Shown: one piece after another, positions 47,084 through 55,932 of the stretch
How the letters are laid out: each line of letters starts with the position of its first letter
How positions within the stretch are numbered: position 1 is the first letter of the stretch
DNA from: an uncultured virus (IMG/VR IMGVR_UViG_3300046507_000662)
Lineage: Duplodnaviria > Heunggongvirae > Uroviricota > Caudoviricetes
DNA: 64,000 bases
Strand: one strand, 5' to 3'
IMG/VR virus record: IMGVR_UViG_3300046507_000662
Program-made: the position numbers and the translations under genes
Notes under the pieces: model-generated
Seen by the model: only the letters and a program-made list of their open reading frames with translations
Database searches by the model: none
Told to the model about the DNA's origin: nothing

Positions 47084-47715
47084 GGCTCGGGGTGTCCCTT
47101 CGGGGTCTCGGTGTCGGCGGCGCGGGCGGCGAGGCCGGCGGCGATGGTGGTGACGGAGAGCGGCTCGGTGTCCGCGGTGGTCTTCTTCGCTGCCTGGATG
47201 CCGTCGACGAGCGCCAGCGCTTTGGGCGTGTAGTGGCGGGTGTGGCAGTGGACGGCGTGGGCGACGGCGGCGCGGAGGCCGTTGGGGGTGTGGATGGGTT
47301 CGCAGTGGTGGGCGCCTTGGGCGCAGGGGGTGAAGGTGTGGAAGGGGGCGGCGGAGTTGCCGTCGGGGGTGTAGGCGAGGAGGGCTCCGGAGGGGAAGGA
47401 GCGGGTGACGGTGCCGTCGGGGCGTTCCTGCCAGTCGCGGATGAGGCCGGCGGGCAGGTTGTGCGTACGGGCGGCGTAGTAGGCGGCGATCTGCAGTTCG
47501 GTGATGAACTCGGACTTGCGGACGAGGAGCGGGGCAGGCGGCTTGACCAGGGAGACACGCGGGCGCTTGGCGAGGGACACGGGCCGGTTGGCGGGCTTCG
47601 GAGCTGTCTTGCGGGCCGGCCGGGTGCTGGTGCGCTTCGCGGCCGTCTTCTTGGCGGTGGGCTTCGGGGCCGGTGCGGGGGTGGTGGCCTGCGCAGCGCG
47701 TGTTCTGGTGGTCAT
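47080..47715 (-). CDS. Hypothetical protein with basic N-terminus
   Basis: RBS GGAG. Confidence 0.65.
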   Translation of the reverse strand: MTTRTRAAQATTPAPAPKPTAKKTAAKRTSTRPARKTAPKPANRPVSLAKRPRVSLVKPPAPLLVRKSEFITELQIAAYYAARTHNLPAGLIRDWQERPDGTVTRSFPSGALLAYTPDGNSAAPFHTFTPCAQGAHHCEPIHTPNGLRAAVAHAVHCHTRHYTPKALALVDGIQAAKKTTADTEPLSVTTIAAGLAARAADTETPKGHPEP

Positions 47716-47982
47716 TGCTGTTCTCCGTCCTGCGGGTTCTTGGGTGGGGCTGTGGTGCTCCGGGGCTTGTGCTGGTGGCGGGTGATGAGGAGTGCGATTG
47801 CGGTGAGGACGGCGGCGGCGATGCCGTCCGGCCAGGTCACCGCGCCTTCACCGCCGCGGGCGCGGATGTCGTCCAGGCGGGCCGGACGGTGGCCGGGGCG
47901 GTGGGGTGGGCGCGGCCGGGGGCGGCGAGGACTGCGGCGGCGATCAGGGTGAGGGTGAACGCGATCTGAGCTACCCGGGCCC

Positions 47983-48288
47983 TCATGCCTTGCGCCCGTT
48001 CTTGCGCGCCCACCACTTCTGGGACACGTCGGCCTGGGCGTTGACGGTGGCGATGTGTCCGTTGAGGATCCCGGCGATGCTGGTGGCGTAGCCGAGGCGG
48101 TACAGCTCGGCGGGCTGGATGTTCTGGGTCTTCGGGTACTCGGCGTCCAGAAGCTCGTTGGCGCGCCGCTTGAGGGTGTCGATGGTCTCGCCGGCCTGGT
48201 ATTCGTCGTAGGCGTCGGCGACTCCGAGGGCGTAGAACGGGTCGCGGGCGAAGGCGTTGTCGGCCGGGGCGAAGGTCATGGTCGTCAT
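47983..48288 (-). CDS. Hypothetical protein
   Basis: MTTMTFAP...; codon bias. Confidence 0.6.
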   Translation of the reverse strand: MTTMTFAPADNAFARDPFYALGVADAYDEYQAGETIDTLKRRANELLDAEYPKTQNIQPAELYRLGYATSIAGILNGHIATVNAQADVSQKWWARKNGRKA

Positions 48289-48323
48289 GGCGGGAGTCCG
48301 TTTCGGTGTCAGCGGAATGGTGG

Positions 48324-48944
48324 TCAGGCGCGGCGCAGCAGCTCGTACTTGCGCTCCGCCTCGGGCGAGCGGTCGAACAGCCAGCCCTCGCCGTGCTGGT
48401 CGCAGTACTTGGAGTCCTCTTCGCTGCCGGGGGCGAGCCGACAGTGGTCGTGCTCGTCGACGCGGGGGCAGCAGCCGCAGGTGGCTTCGCAGCACTCCTC
48501 ATCGGGGGTGCAGTCGGCGCAGCGGTCGCCGGTGCAGTAGGTGTCGGGCTTCTGCGTCTCGGAGGCGCGGATGAGGCGGCCGACGATCTCGGCTGTGGTG
48601 GGCGGGGTCTTCTGGCCGATGCCGGGGGCGGCGGTCCAGTTGAAGACGTGCTCGATGACGTCGGGCTGGCCTGCGGTGTCGGGGACTTCGTAGTCGGCGA
48701 TGGAGGCGGAGAGAACGCGCAGGGCTTGCATGGCGGGCTCGCTGCGCTCCAGGAGCTCCATGGAGGCGGCCTGGTCGGTGAAGAAGACGTCGGGGGCGGG
48801 CTTGTCCTCGGCGACGATGTACGCGAGGGCGCAGATGTCGAACTGGTCGATGACGCCGCGGTGGCCGAACTGTTCTCCGGTGTGGAGGCCGTCGGTGTTG
48901 ATGACGGTGGCCATCTTGCGGAGGATGCGGCCGGTGCTGAGCAT
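48324..48944 (-). CDS. DUF6197-like protein with Cys-rich tail
   Basis: ILRKMATVINTDGLH...DICALAY...VFNW...EIVGRL. Confidence 0.6.
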   Translation of the reverse strand: MLSTGRILRKMATVINTDGLHTGEQFGHRGVIDQFDICALAYIVAEDKPAPDVFFTDQAASMELLERSEPAMQALRVLSASIADYEVPDTAGQPDVIEHVFNWTAAPGIGQKTPPTTAEIVGRLIRASETQKPDTYCTGDRCADCTPDEECCEATCGCCPRVDEHDHCRLAPGSEEDSKYCDQHGEGWLFDRSPEAERKYELLRRA

Positions 48945-49201
48945 GCGGGTCTCCCCTGGTGGTGTTCACCCGGCGCGCGCAGAGCGTGGTCGTGCGCGGC
49001 CGGGGAGTTGGCGGGTGTCAGGCGACTTCGCCGCGCATAACGGCCATCAGGAAGTCGTCCAGGACGATCGGGGCGACGTCGGGCCGGGTGGAGTCGTGTA
49101 GCTCCAGGTGGCCACCGCTCTCGGATGTCACTCGGATTGCCTCGCCGTTGGGGGCGGACATGTCGATCTTTGTCGGCTCGTTCATCGGGATCTCCTCCCT
49201 T

Positions 49202-49534
49202 TCAGGCGGCGGGGTGCCGGTCGGCGCAGGTGGGGCACTGTCGGATCGGCAGGTTGAAGCCGCAGGACTCTTCGATGGTTCGGGCGTCCGGGTCGGCGTT
49301 GTCGAAGACGACCGGGCAGACGCAAGTGCAGGAGCAGCGGAGGACTTCGCCGCCGTAGGCGATGTGGATGCCGGCGAGGGCGGCGACGCCGAGCATCAGG
49401 GCGTTGTATTCGCCTGCGTCGCTGGTGCTGTCGGCGAGTTCGAGGACGTGGTCGAGGCGGGCCTGCTGGGCGTCGGTGAGGTCGCGGTAGTCGACGCTGG
49501 TGGGCGCCTTTCGGGCGTGCGTCATCACGGCCAT
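49202..49534 (-). CDS. Cys-rich hypothetical protein
   Basis: First gene downstream of motif promoter copy 4. Confidence 0.65.
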   Translation of the reverse strand: MAVMTHARKAPTSVDYRDLTDAQQARLDHVLELADSTSDAGEYNALMLGVAALAGIHIAYGGEVLRCSCTCVCPVVFDNADPDARTIEESCGFNLPIRQCPTCADRHPAA

Positions 49535-49602
49535 GGCGGGCTCCGGGAGGTCAGGAAGGGTGCGAGGACTGCCTGTTGGGGCGGGTCCTGGGCTGTGTGA
49601 CC

Positions 49603-49639
49603 ACCGTAACCCATCTTCTATTACGTACGCAATACAAGA
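49603..49639 (-). promoter_or_regulatory. Conserved operator/promoter, copy 4
   Basis: Identical 26-mer on minus strand; TTGCGT-N18-TACGGT. Confidence 0.8.
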
Positions 49640-49654
49640 GTGCGAGGGGATGAG

Positions 49655-49691
49655 AAAAGCCCCTGCCCCACAGGTCTGGGGGCAAGGGCTT
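49655..49691 (-). terminator. Intrinsic terminator
   Basis: AAGCCC...GGGCTT hairpin with T run on minus strand. Confidence 0.6.
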
Positions 49692-49710
49692 CACTGGCGG
49701 GACGGGGCGT

Positions 49711-49953
49711 TCAGGCGTCGCGGGCTCTGATCTTCACGGCGTGGATCTTCAACAGGGCCGTGTACGAGAAGTAGTTGGTCTTGCCGCGGCGGACCTTCTT
49801 GATGCCCTCCTGGCGGATCCAGTTCTCCAGGGTGCTCTTCGGGGCCGGATGGCCGGTTCGCTGGAACAGCGCGACAGCCTCATCGAGAGTTACCGGATCG
49901 GGGATGCCGGCGATGTTCGGGACAGCGGACGTGATGGCCATGCGGCCTCCCAT
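49711..49953 (-). CDS. Xis/MerR-like HTH protein
   Basis: VTLDEAVALF...KSTLENWIRQEGI. Confidence 0.65.
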   Translation of the reverse strand: MGGRMAITSAVPNIAGIPDPVTLDEAVALFQRTGHPAPKSTLENWIRQEGIKKVRRGKTNYFSYTALLKIHAVKIRARDA

Positions 49954-50062
49954 GATCGACGGCCACAGTTCGCAGCTCCGGCGGCCGATGACGGGCGGAT
50001 TCGAGGAATCCGTTCGTGTGCTTTGTGTGCGGTTGTTGTTCTGTAGACAGGCGGACTGGCAG

Positions 50063-50599
50063 TCAGGTTGCGCGGATTTTCAAGATTTCTTTCTGCGTCA
50101 CGTACTGAGTAGCCAGGCGGGCCAGGGTCCATGCCGACGACATTCCGTCGCGTCCACGGCAGTCGATGTTCAGGCACATGGCCCGCCGCGTATAGGGCTG
50201 CCATTGCAGGCCCCATGTCGTGCAGCGGGGGCAGGGGTGCGCGCAGACGACGTCGTGGTCGCCGAGCGCGATGGCGTGCTCGAGGCTCTGACGGTAGATC
50301 ACGATGTCGCGGCGCTGGCGGACTTCAGCGGGGGCGTCCTCGGTCTGTTCCTCCCACCAGGCGTAGACGTCGCGGACGCGGGCCGGGAGCGGTCCGATGT
50401 CGCCGGCGGCCTCGTCACGGGCATGCTGGACGACTTCGTCGACGCAGCGGGACATGTAGTCGACGATGCCGAGGTTGAGGGGGGCGCCGGGGGTGACGCT
50501 GGGGGAGCAGCGTTCGGAGGGGCCGGTCTGGGGATGTTCGCGGTAGTGGGTGGCCAGCAGGTGGAGCCGAGATGCGGCGTCTTCTGTGTCGCGGCCCAT
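50063..50599 (-). CDS. Zn-binding phage protein
   Basis: APLNL...CPRC...CLNIDC. Confidence 0.65.
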   Translation of the reverse strand: MGRDTEDAASRLHLLATHYREHPQTGPSERCSPSVTPGAPLNLGIVDYMSRCVDEVVQHARDEAAGDIGPLPARVRDVYAWWEEQTEDAPAEVRQRRDIVIYRQSLEHAIALGDHDVVCAHPCPRCTTWGLQWQPYTRRAMCLNIDCRGRDGMSSAWTLARLATQYVTQKEILKIRAT

Positions 50600-50830
50600 G
50601 GTGTCCCCGTCCCCTCGGGCGGCCCCCGGGGCGCGGGACGTCCGTACATATGTCGGGGCGCGCGCCGGTGGCCGGAAAGCGTGATTCCGGGCTGTTTCCG
50701 GACGCCCCACTATGGCATGTGAGTGAGGGGACGTGAACGTTCCGTTAGAAAGAACCATTGCTGGTTGCATCAGTGTTGAGGGGTGGTCATCTTGTGAAGA
50801 TGAAACAACCCCCGGCATATTCAGACAATT

Positions 50831-51199
50831 TCACAGGAGGCCGGGCGCCGCCTTCATCCCGTCAATCATGGCGTGGAGTTCCCGGCGCTGCTCATCGTCC
50901 ACGACCCCGTTCACGTGGGCGCCCGCAAGCATGGTGCTCACCAGGTCCAGCGTGATCTGGTAGGCCTCTGCGGTATCCGGGTCGGTGAGAGTGCGCTCGC
51001 ACTTCAGGAAGCGCGCCTCGACACTGTTGGCGAGATTCTGGTGCGGGGACGCTGACGGGTCGCTTGGTTCCCTGGGGTTCGGCACGGTGTCCTCCCTGCG
51101 CCTGCGTCGGCGCTTGGAAGGGCCCTGACGAAACGAAATGACGGTACCGGGGCCGTGGCCACCGTCCGGCCCGGGGTCAAGGGGCTCTGCTGCGGACAT
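50831..51199 (-). CDS. Hypothetical protein
   Basis: RBS GGAG upstream of MSAAEP. Confidence 0.55.
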   Translation of the reverse strand: MSAAEPLDPGPDGGHGPGTVISFRQGPSKRRRRRREDTVPNPREPSDPSASPHQNLANSVEARFLKCERTLTDPDTAEAYQITLDLVSTMLAGAHVNGVVDDEQRRELHAMIDGMKAAPGLL

Positions 51200-51516
51200 G
51201 GGGCGTCTCCGCTCCTCCGGCAGAAGTGGGAAGGGTCCTCGTACGCCCGGTCGGTGTCGGCTCCGCCCGGGCCCCCCGCACGTCCGGCTGCCAGTCCAGA
51301 CGCTCGGACTTGTCACTGTGGCATCGATACCAGGCGGTCGGTAAGACACTGCCGGGTATTGACCACCTACTGACATGCATTCGATACGGTTTTGGCCAGA
51401 GGGTGACGGAGAGGCTACATCCAGATACGGGAACAGCCCCTGCGGGCGCCAAATGGTCAGGCACTTCGAGGGGCCGATCGGTTCCTCCCGGGCATGCCCG
51501 TTCGTTGACGGCAGTC

Positions 51517-51550
51517 TAATCCGGGAACTCCCCACGCAGGTAGATGCGTT
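51517..51550. repeat. 34-bp direct repeat, copy A (copy B at 63906-63939)
   Basis: TAATCCGGGAACTCCCCACGCAGGTAGATGCGTT; 32/34 identical to copy B. Confidence 0.8.
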
Positions 51551-51915
51551 CCCCCGGTTTCTGTACGGGCCGGGTGCCCAGCGCGGCCGGGCCGCCCCCG
51601 GAGGGCTGCGATCCACAAGGGGCTGTCCCCGGCCGTGCAGCCGCCGGCCGTGGGGACCGGCAGCACCCCCCACCCAAGGCGCATATATGCACTCCGGGAA
51701 GGGGCTTGCACAGGGATCACTCAGGTGGGTGACAGATAAACCCCGTCATCCGGCACGTATTCGACCGAATCTGGTCGGCGCATGACGAGGCCCCGCTCTT
51801 TACCTCGCGGGCAAAGTGTTCCCGAGCCATCTCCCTTGCCTGGCAGGCCCGTTCGGGTGGCGCAGGCGGTCGGGCCGCGCCACGTGCGCCTCACAAAACA
51901 TGATCGCCTGGTAAT

Positions 51916-53070
51916 TTGCTCGCCATGACCCACCCAGGCGCCGAAGAAGCGCGCGAAAAGTTGCTCGTTAACCTGACTCCTGAGCTACGCCGTGACCTGC
52001 GCATCAGGGCAGCCGAGCACGGGCTGAACATGCAGGACGCCGTCGCCTCCGCCCTCAGTCTCTGGTACGACACCCCGGGCTCCCCGGACATCGAGACCAG
52101 GGGATCGAAGTCGTGGGGCGTGTTCCTTCCCGCTGGGGGCCCGCACCGGTTCGCAAGCGAGTGCGATTCCCGCAGTCTGACGAAGGTCCAGGGCATGGCC
52201 CAGGCCATCACCCTGTGGCTGAAGGCCCACCCATCCCCCGACGAGCGCCTCGTCGCCCAGCCCGTGAAGCGGATCCTGGTGGGCAACCAGAAGGGTGGTG
52301 TCGGCAAGACGTTCGTGGCCTCCGGACTCGCCCAGGCCATGGCGGAGGCCGGCCTGCGCGTTCTCCTCGTCGACTACGACCCCCAAGGGCACCTCACCAG
52401 CCGCCTGCAGATCCCTGGCCTTCCCACCGGGTCCGACAGTCTCCTCACGCACATGCTCGGCGAGGCCGACAAGCACCTGGCCCGCTCCCTCGTCGCGCTC
52501 CCCCACGAACGGTTCGGCGGCCGTCTCCACGTTCTGCCCGCGAGCAAGGACGCCTTCCTGATGGACGCCAAGCTGGCGCTCCTCCAGGTCGGCCGCGACA
52601 CCTGCCTGGCCCGCGCGCTCGCCCCCGTCGAGGACTCCTACGACGTCATCGTCCTGGACGGCCCTCCGAACCTGGGGCTGGCGATAGACCTCGCCATCAA
52701 CTACGTCCAGCGTCGCCCGGGCGAGCTGATCGACCACTCCGGAATCCTGATGCCCGTCTGGTCGGACCGTTCCTCGTTCGACGCCTACGAGATGCTGAAC
52801 GAGCAGATCGACACCCACAGCCGGATGACCGGAGCGGTCGTCGACCAGCTCGGGTTCGTCGTGAACGCCTACGACTCCCGCAAGGGCGTTGTCACCCGCG
52901 CCTTCTACGACGGGTGGAGCGAGCTCACCACACCCGGTGTGCTGGCCACCCTGAAGGACGCCATCGAGGGCCGCGAGGCATCCGACTACCAGATCCCGCT
53001 GCTCGAGCACGCCCCTGACTCCGGTCAGGCGCAGGTCATGCGCGCCCTGGCCAAGGAGTTGGCGGCGTGA
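51916..53070 (+). CDS. parA: ParA-family partition ATPase with N-terminal RHH-like repeats
   Basis: NQKGGVGKT, VLLVDYDPQG, IVLDGPP. Confidence 0.9.
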   Translation: MLAMTHPGAEEAREKLLVNLTPELRRDLRIRAAEHGLNMQDAVASALSLWYDTPGSPDIETRGSKSWGVFLPAGGPHRFASECDSRSLTKVQGMAQAITLWLKAHPSPDERLVAQPVKRILVGNQKGGVGKTFVASGLAQAMAEAGLRVLLVDYDPQGHLTSRLQIPGLPTGSDSLLTHMLGEADKHLARSLVALPHERFGGRLHVLPASKDAFLMDAKLALLQVGRDTCLARALAPVEDSYDVIVLDGPPNLGLAIDLAINYVQRRPGELIDHSGILMPVWSDRSSFDAYEMLNEQIDTHSRMTGAVVDQLGFVVNAYDSRKGVVTRAFYDGWSELTTPGVLATLKDAIEGREASDYQIPLLEHAPDSGQAQVMRALAKELAA

Positions 53071-53990
53071 GCTCGAAGAAGGTCGCCCCCGTCATCCCGG
53101 TCGTCGGCTCCGGCGGAAGCGGTGACCAGTCCCGCGAGGACCAGCTGCGGCAGTGGGAGGACAGCCAGCGCAAGCTACGCGAGCAGCATGCCGCGCCCGC
53201 GGCTGTGGTGGCGCAGGTCCCGGCACCTGCCGCACCCCCGGCCGCCGTTCTGGCCGTAGCGGAGCCCGCGGAGACGGAATCGGCGGGAACGGAATCTGTG
53301 CCGGCCGTCAGGACCGCGGCGACCGGGTACCTGCCGATGCCGGACTTCACCGAGCCGGACAGCGACGACCCGGCCACCCGGCTGGAGTTCTATGCGCGGG
53401 GCATCCTCGCCGTGCAGTACGCGGCCCGCGCCAACCACGAACGGGCCGAACAGCAGAAACTGATCGGGCTCGGGCTCCGGCTGCGGGCGATGAAGGTGGA
53501 GGAGCTGCACAAGGTCGCCGGACACGACACGTTCGGGGAGCTCGCCGAGGCCCGCTTCGGCATCAAGAAGCACCAGGCCAACAACATCATCCGAGTGATG
53601 CCGGTGGCGCAGGCACTCGAGGACATCACCACCCAGGAGCTGAAGGAACGCCCCCTGCGGATTCTGGTGCCGATCCTCGAGACGCACGGCACCGAGGCGG
53701 TGCGGGAGACGTGGCTGGAGGCGGCCCGGCACGGCAACGTCATCGACAAGACGCTGCGGGATGCCGCAAACTTCCTCGGCTACGGCCCGCCGAAGGAGCT
53801 CACCCAGGAGGCGGAGAAGAAGACGGGGCCGAAGGTGCTCACGCCGAGCGAGTCACTGAAGGCGGTGGAACGGATCCGCGCCCTGGCGGAGACCGACCTC
53901 GCCCGGGCGCGTCGGGAGGCGGAGGAACTCGAGAGCGCGGTGCGTGAACTGCTGGAAGAGCTGGCCGGGAACCTGGAGGAGCAGGCCTAG
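53067..53990 (+). CDS. Putative centromere-binding partner of ParA (non-canonical)
   Basis: GTGA-coupled to parA; HTH-like TFGELAEARFGIKKHQANNII; no classical ParB GxxRxxA box seen. Confidence 0.6.
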   Translation: MSSKKVAPVIPVVGSGGSGDQSREDQLRQWEDSQRKLREQHAAPAAVVAQVPAPAAPPAAVLAVAEPAETESAGTESVPAVRTAATGYLPMPDFTEPDSDDPATRLEFYARGILAVQYAARANHERAEQQKLIGLGLRLRAMKVEELHKVAGHDTFGELAEARFGIKKHQANNIIRVMPVAQALEDITTQELKERPLRILVPILETHGTEAVRETWLEAARHGNVIDKTLRDAANFLGYGPPKELTQEAEKKTGPKVLTPSESLKAVERIRALAETDLARARREAEELESAVRELLEELAGNLEEQA

Positions 53991-54013
53991 CGGGCGCGAT
54001 GGTGTCGACGTCT

Positions 54014-54084
54014 CAAGGTGGTGTCCACGTGGTCACCACCTTGGCGTCTGTCTGACCCAAAGGTGGTGACCACGTGGTCACCAC
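54014..54084. repeat. Two long palindromes, parS candidates
   Basis: CAAGGTGGTGTCCACGTGGTCACCACCTTG (54014-54043) and perfect GTGGTGACCACGTGGTCACCAC (54063-54084). Confidence 0.7.
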
Positions 54085-54453
54085 TCCCCGTCTTCTTCGT
54101 CCTCCGCGGGCTCCTCGAGGACCGTCGTGTAGGCGGGCTCCTGGAACAGCTTGTGCCGCTCCCACGCGGGCGCTGGCCCGACCTGCCGAGGCGAGGCGGA
54201 AACGTGGGGCGGGGTGGCGGTCTGCGGCATCGGGCTCCTCAGGCGGCGGTGACGAGGTGTTGGGCGCGGGCGAAGTCGTCCAGCCAGGCCCGTTCCTCGC
54301 GGTCCTGCTGCCGGTGCCACTCGGGGGTGAACTCGGCGGGCGCGTCGGTGTCCTCGAGCGCAGGGTGCGGCAGGGTGTCCAGCATGGGCGGCTCCGTTCG
54401 TGCGGGGTGATCGCGAACAGGCTCCCGCAGATCTTGCCGGGTGTTCCCTCCGC

Positions 54454-54900
54454 TCAGCCGGTGATCCGAAGGACGGGTATCCCGGCCTTCTTCGCCCGGC
54501 GCATGCAGTCCGCTGTGCCGCTGGAGTTCTGGTACGAGGCGGCCACACACAGAAGGGGGCCCTCGTCGACCATCCCCTGGTTGCGGCGGTGTCCGGCGAG
54601 GGGGCAGTACTCGAGGCCGCGGCGGTTGATGCGCCGGTGTCCCGGCGGGCAGGTGGGCGCGCAGGGGCCGTTCCAGTCGGCGGGCCGGCGACGACGGGGA
54701 ACTTCATGGCGGATGGCCCATGCGTCGCCGATCGTGTCTCCGCCTTCGGCGGTGCCGTGCATCAGCTCGATGCCGTCGTAGCCGTCTTGGAGGGCGTCGT
54801 GCCACACGTCGAGGAGCGTGTCCTCGAGAAACTGCGGATCGGGCCACTTCCTCGAGCTGGTCAGCAGGATGAGCGCAAGGTGCGCGGTAGCGGTGTTCAT
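54454..54900 (-). CDS. SLOG-family (YspA/DUF2493-like) protein
   Basis: LLTSSRKW...HGTAEGGD...ADW...AGHRRNQGM...GTADC...AGIPV. Confidence 0.8.
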   Translation of the reverse strand: MNTATAHLALILLTSSRKWPDPQFLEDTLLDVWHDALQDGYDGIELMHGTAEGGDTIGDAWAIRHEVPRRRRPADWNGPCAPTCPPGHRRINRRGLEYCPLAGHRRNQGMVDEGPLLCVAASYQNSSGTADCMRRAKKAGIPVLRITG

Positions 54901-55688
54901 GCGACGTCGAAGGCGCGGCGTACCGGTGCCGCATCGCTGCCGCCGCGCTTGCGGGCGATCGCGGCCCGGCGGATCATCTCGGCGCGATCCACGGTCGGGG
55001 CGGTGAGCCGCTCGAGCTCGGCGACGGCATCGGTGAACGCGGTCTCCGGTTCCCGGTTGTGGGGGTCGGCCAGCATCCGGTCTTGGCGCTCGATGGCGTC
55101 GACGACGTACGGGTTGGTGGGCTCGCCGTCGGCCTGGGCCGCCTGGTGTGCTTCGAGGGTGCGCCGGTAGCCGGCCGATGCGGTCTCCCGGGTCCGCACG
55201 GGCGCCTCGGGGGCGGCTGACTCCGGTGCCGCGGCCTGCTGTTCTGCCGTGGCGACGTTCCCGACCGGCAGCACGCGGATCGTCCGGACGACCGGGCGGC
55301 CCATCTTGTCGTTGATCTGCTTGGCGAGCTGGCCGCCGAGGAGGCGGAGTTGCGCGGCGTAGGAGTGGCTGCCCGGGCGGAGGTCCAGGCGGCCGGTGTT
55401 CTCGTCGTAGTGGATGGGCTGCACCAAGCCGTCGTACTGCGGGCACAGGGTGGGCCACTGGTCGATGACGCTGCCGCCGGCGACGCCCGCTTCGAGGTGG
55501 ATGTCGGCACCGAGACCAGCGATGGCGGAGGCCAGGCTGATGGGGTCGCGGCCGGAGCCGGTACGGGCGGTGCGCCGCGTCTTGGGTCGGCTCGGGGTGT
55601 TGGTGGGTGCGGTTCGGGCGGTGCTCTTGTAGGCGGCGAGGGCCTGCCGGGCGAGGTCCCGGCCGGACAACTGCGGAGTGTCGGTCAC
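54897..55688 (-). CDS. DciA/DUF721-like protein
   Basis: DLARQAL...GRDPISL...DQWPTL...HSYAAQLRLL...QINDKMG..VVRTIRV. Confidence 0.75.
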   Translation of the reverse strand: MTDTPQLSGRDLARQALAAYKSTARTAPTNTPSRPKTRRTARTGSGRDPISLASAIAGLGADIHLEAGVAGGSVIDQWPTLCPQYDGLVQPIHYDENTGRLDLRPGSHSYAAQLRLLGGQLAKQINDKMGRPVVRTIRVLPVGNVATAEQQAAAPESAAPEAPVRTRETASAGYRRTLEAHQAAQADGEPTNPYVVDAIERQDRMLADPHNREPETAFTDAVAELERLTAPTVDRAEMIRRAAIARKRGGSDAAPVRRAFDVA

Positions 55689-55921
55689 GACTGGCCTCCC
55701 AAGAGGGCGCGGGCCACGGTGAGGGCGTGATGGTTGGCCGGGCTTCCGCACCAGGCGCACGGTTCGCGCTCGGTGTAGAGGTGGGCGGTGCGATCGATCT
55801 CCGCTTCGTGCTCCAGCCATTCGGCGACCGGGTCGGCGAGTCCAGCCAGGCGACCGGTGATCTCAGGGGCGACATCGCGGAGGGTCTGGGCTGCGGCACG
55901 AAGTTCGTCGGCGGGTGCCAT
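55685..55921 (-). CDS. Small hypothetical protein
   Basis: RBS AGGAG; coupled. Confidence 0.6.
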   Translation of the reverse strand: MAPADELRAAAQTLRDVAPEITGRLAGLADPVAEWLEHEAEIDRTAHLYTEREPCAWCGSPANHHALTVARALLGGQS

Positions 55922-55932
55922 CGGGACTCCTG

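Noticed and set aside
22821..49639. The 26-bp repeat as CRISPR repeats or att sites
   Set aside because: Copies are kilobases apart and in both orientations, and each is phased with a -10 element; no integrase is visible.
51369..51764. Two TCGAAT-containing sites as SOS boxes
   Set aside because: Second half-sites deviate at several positions; too weak.
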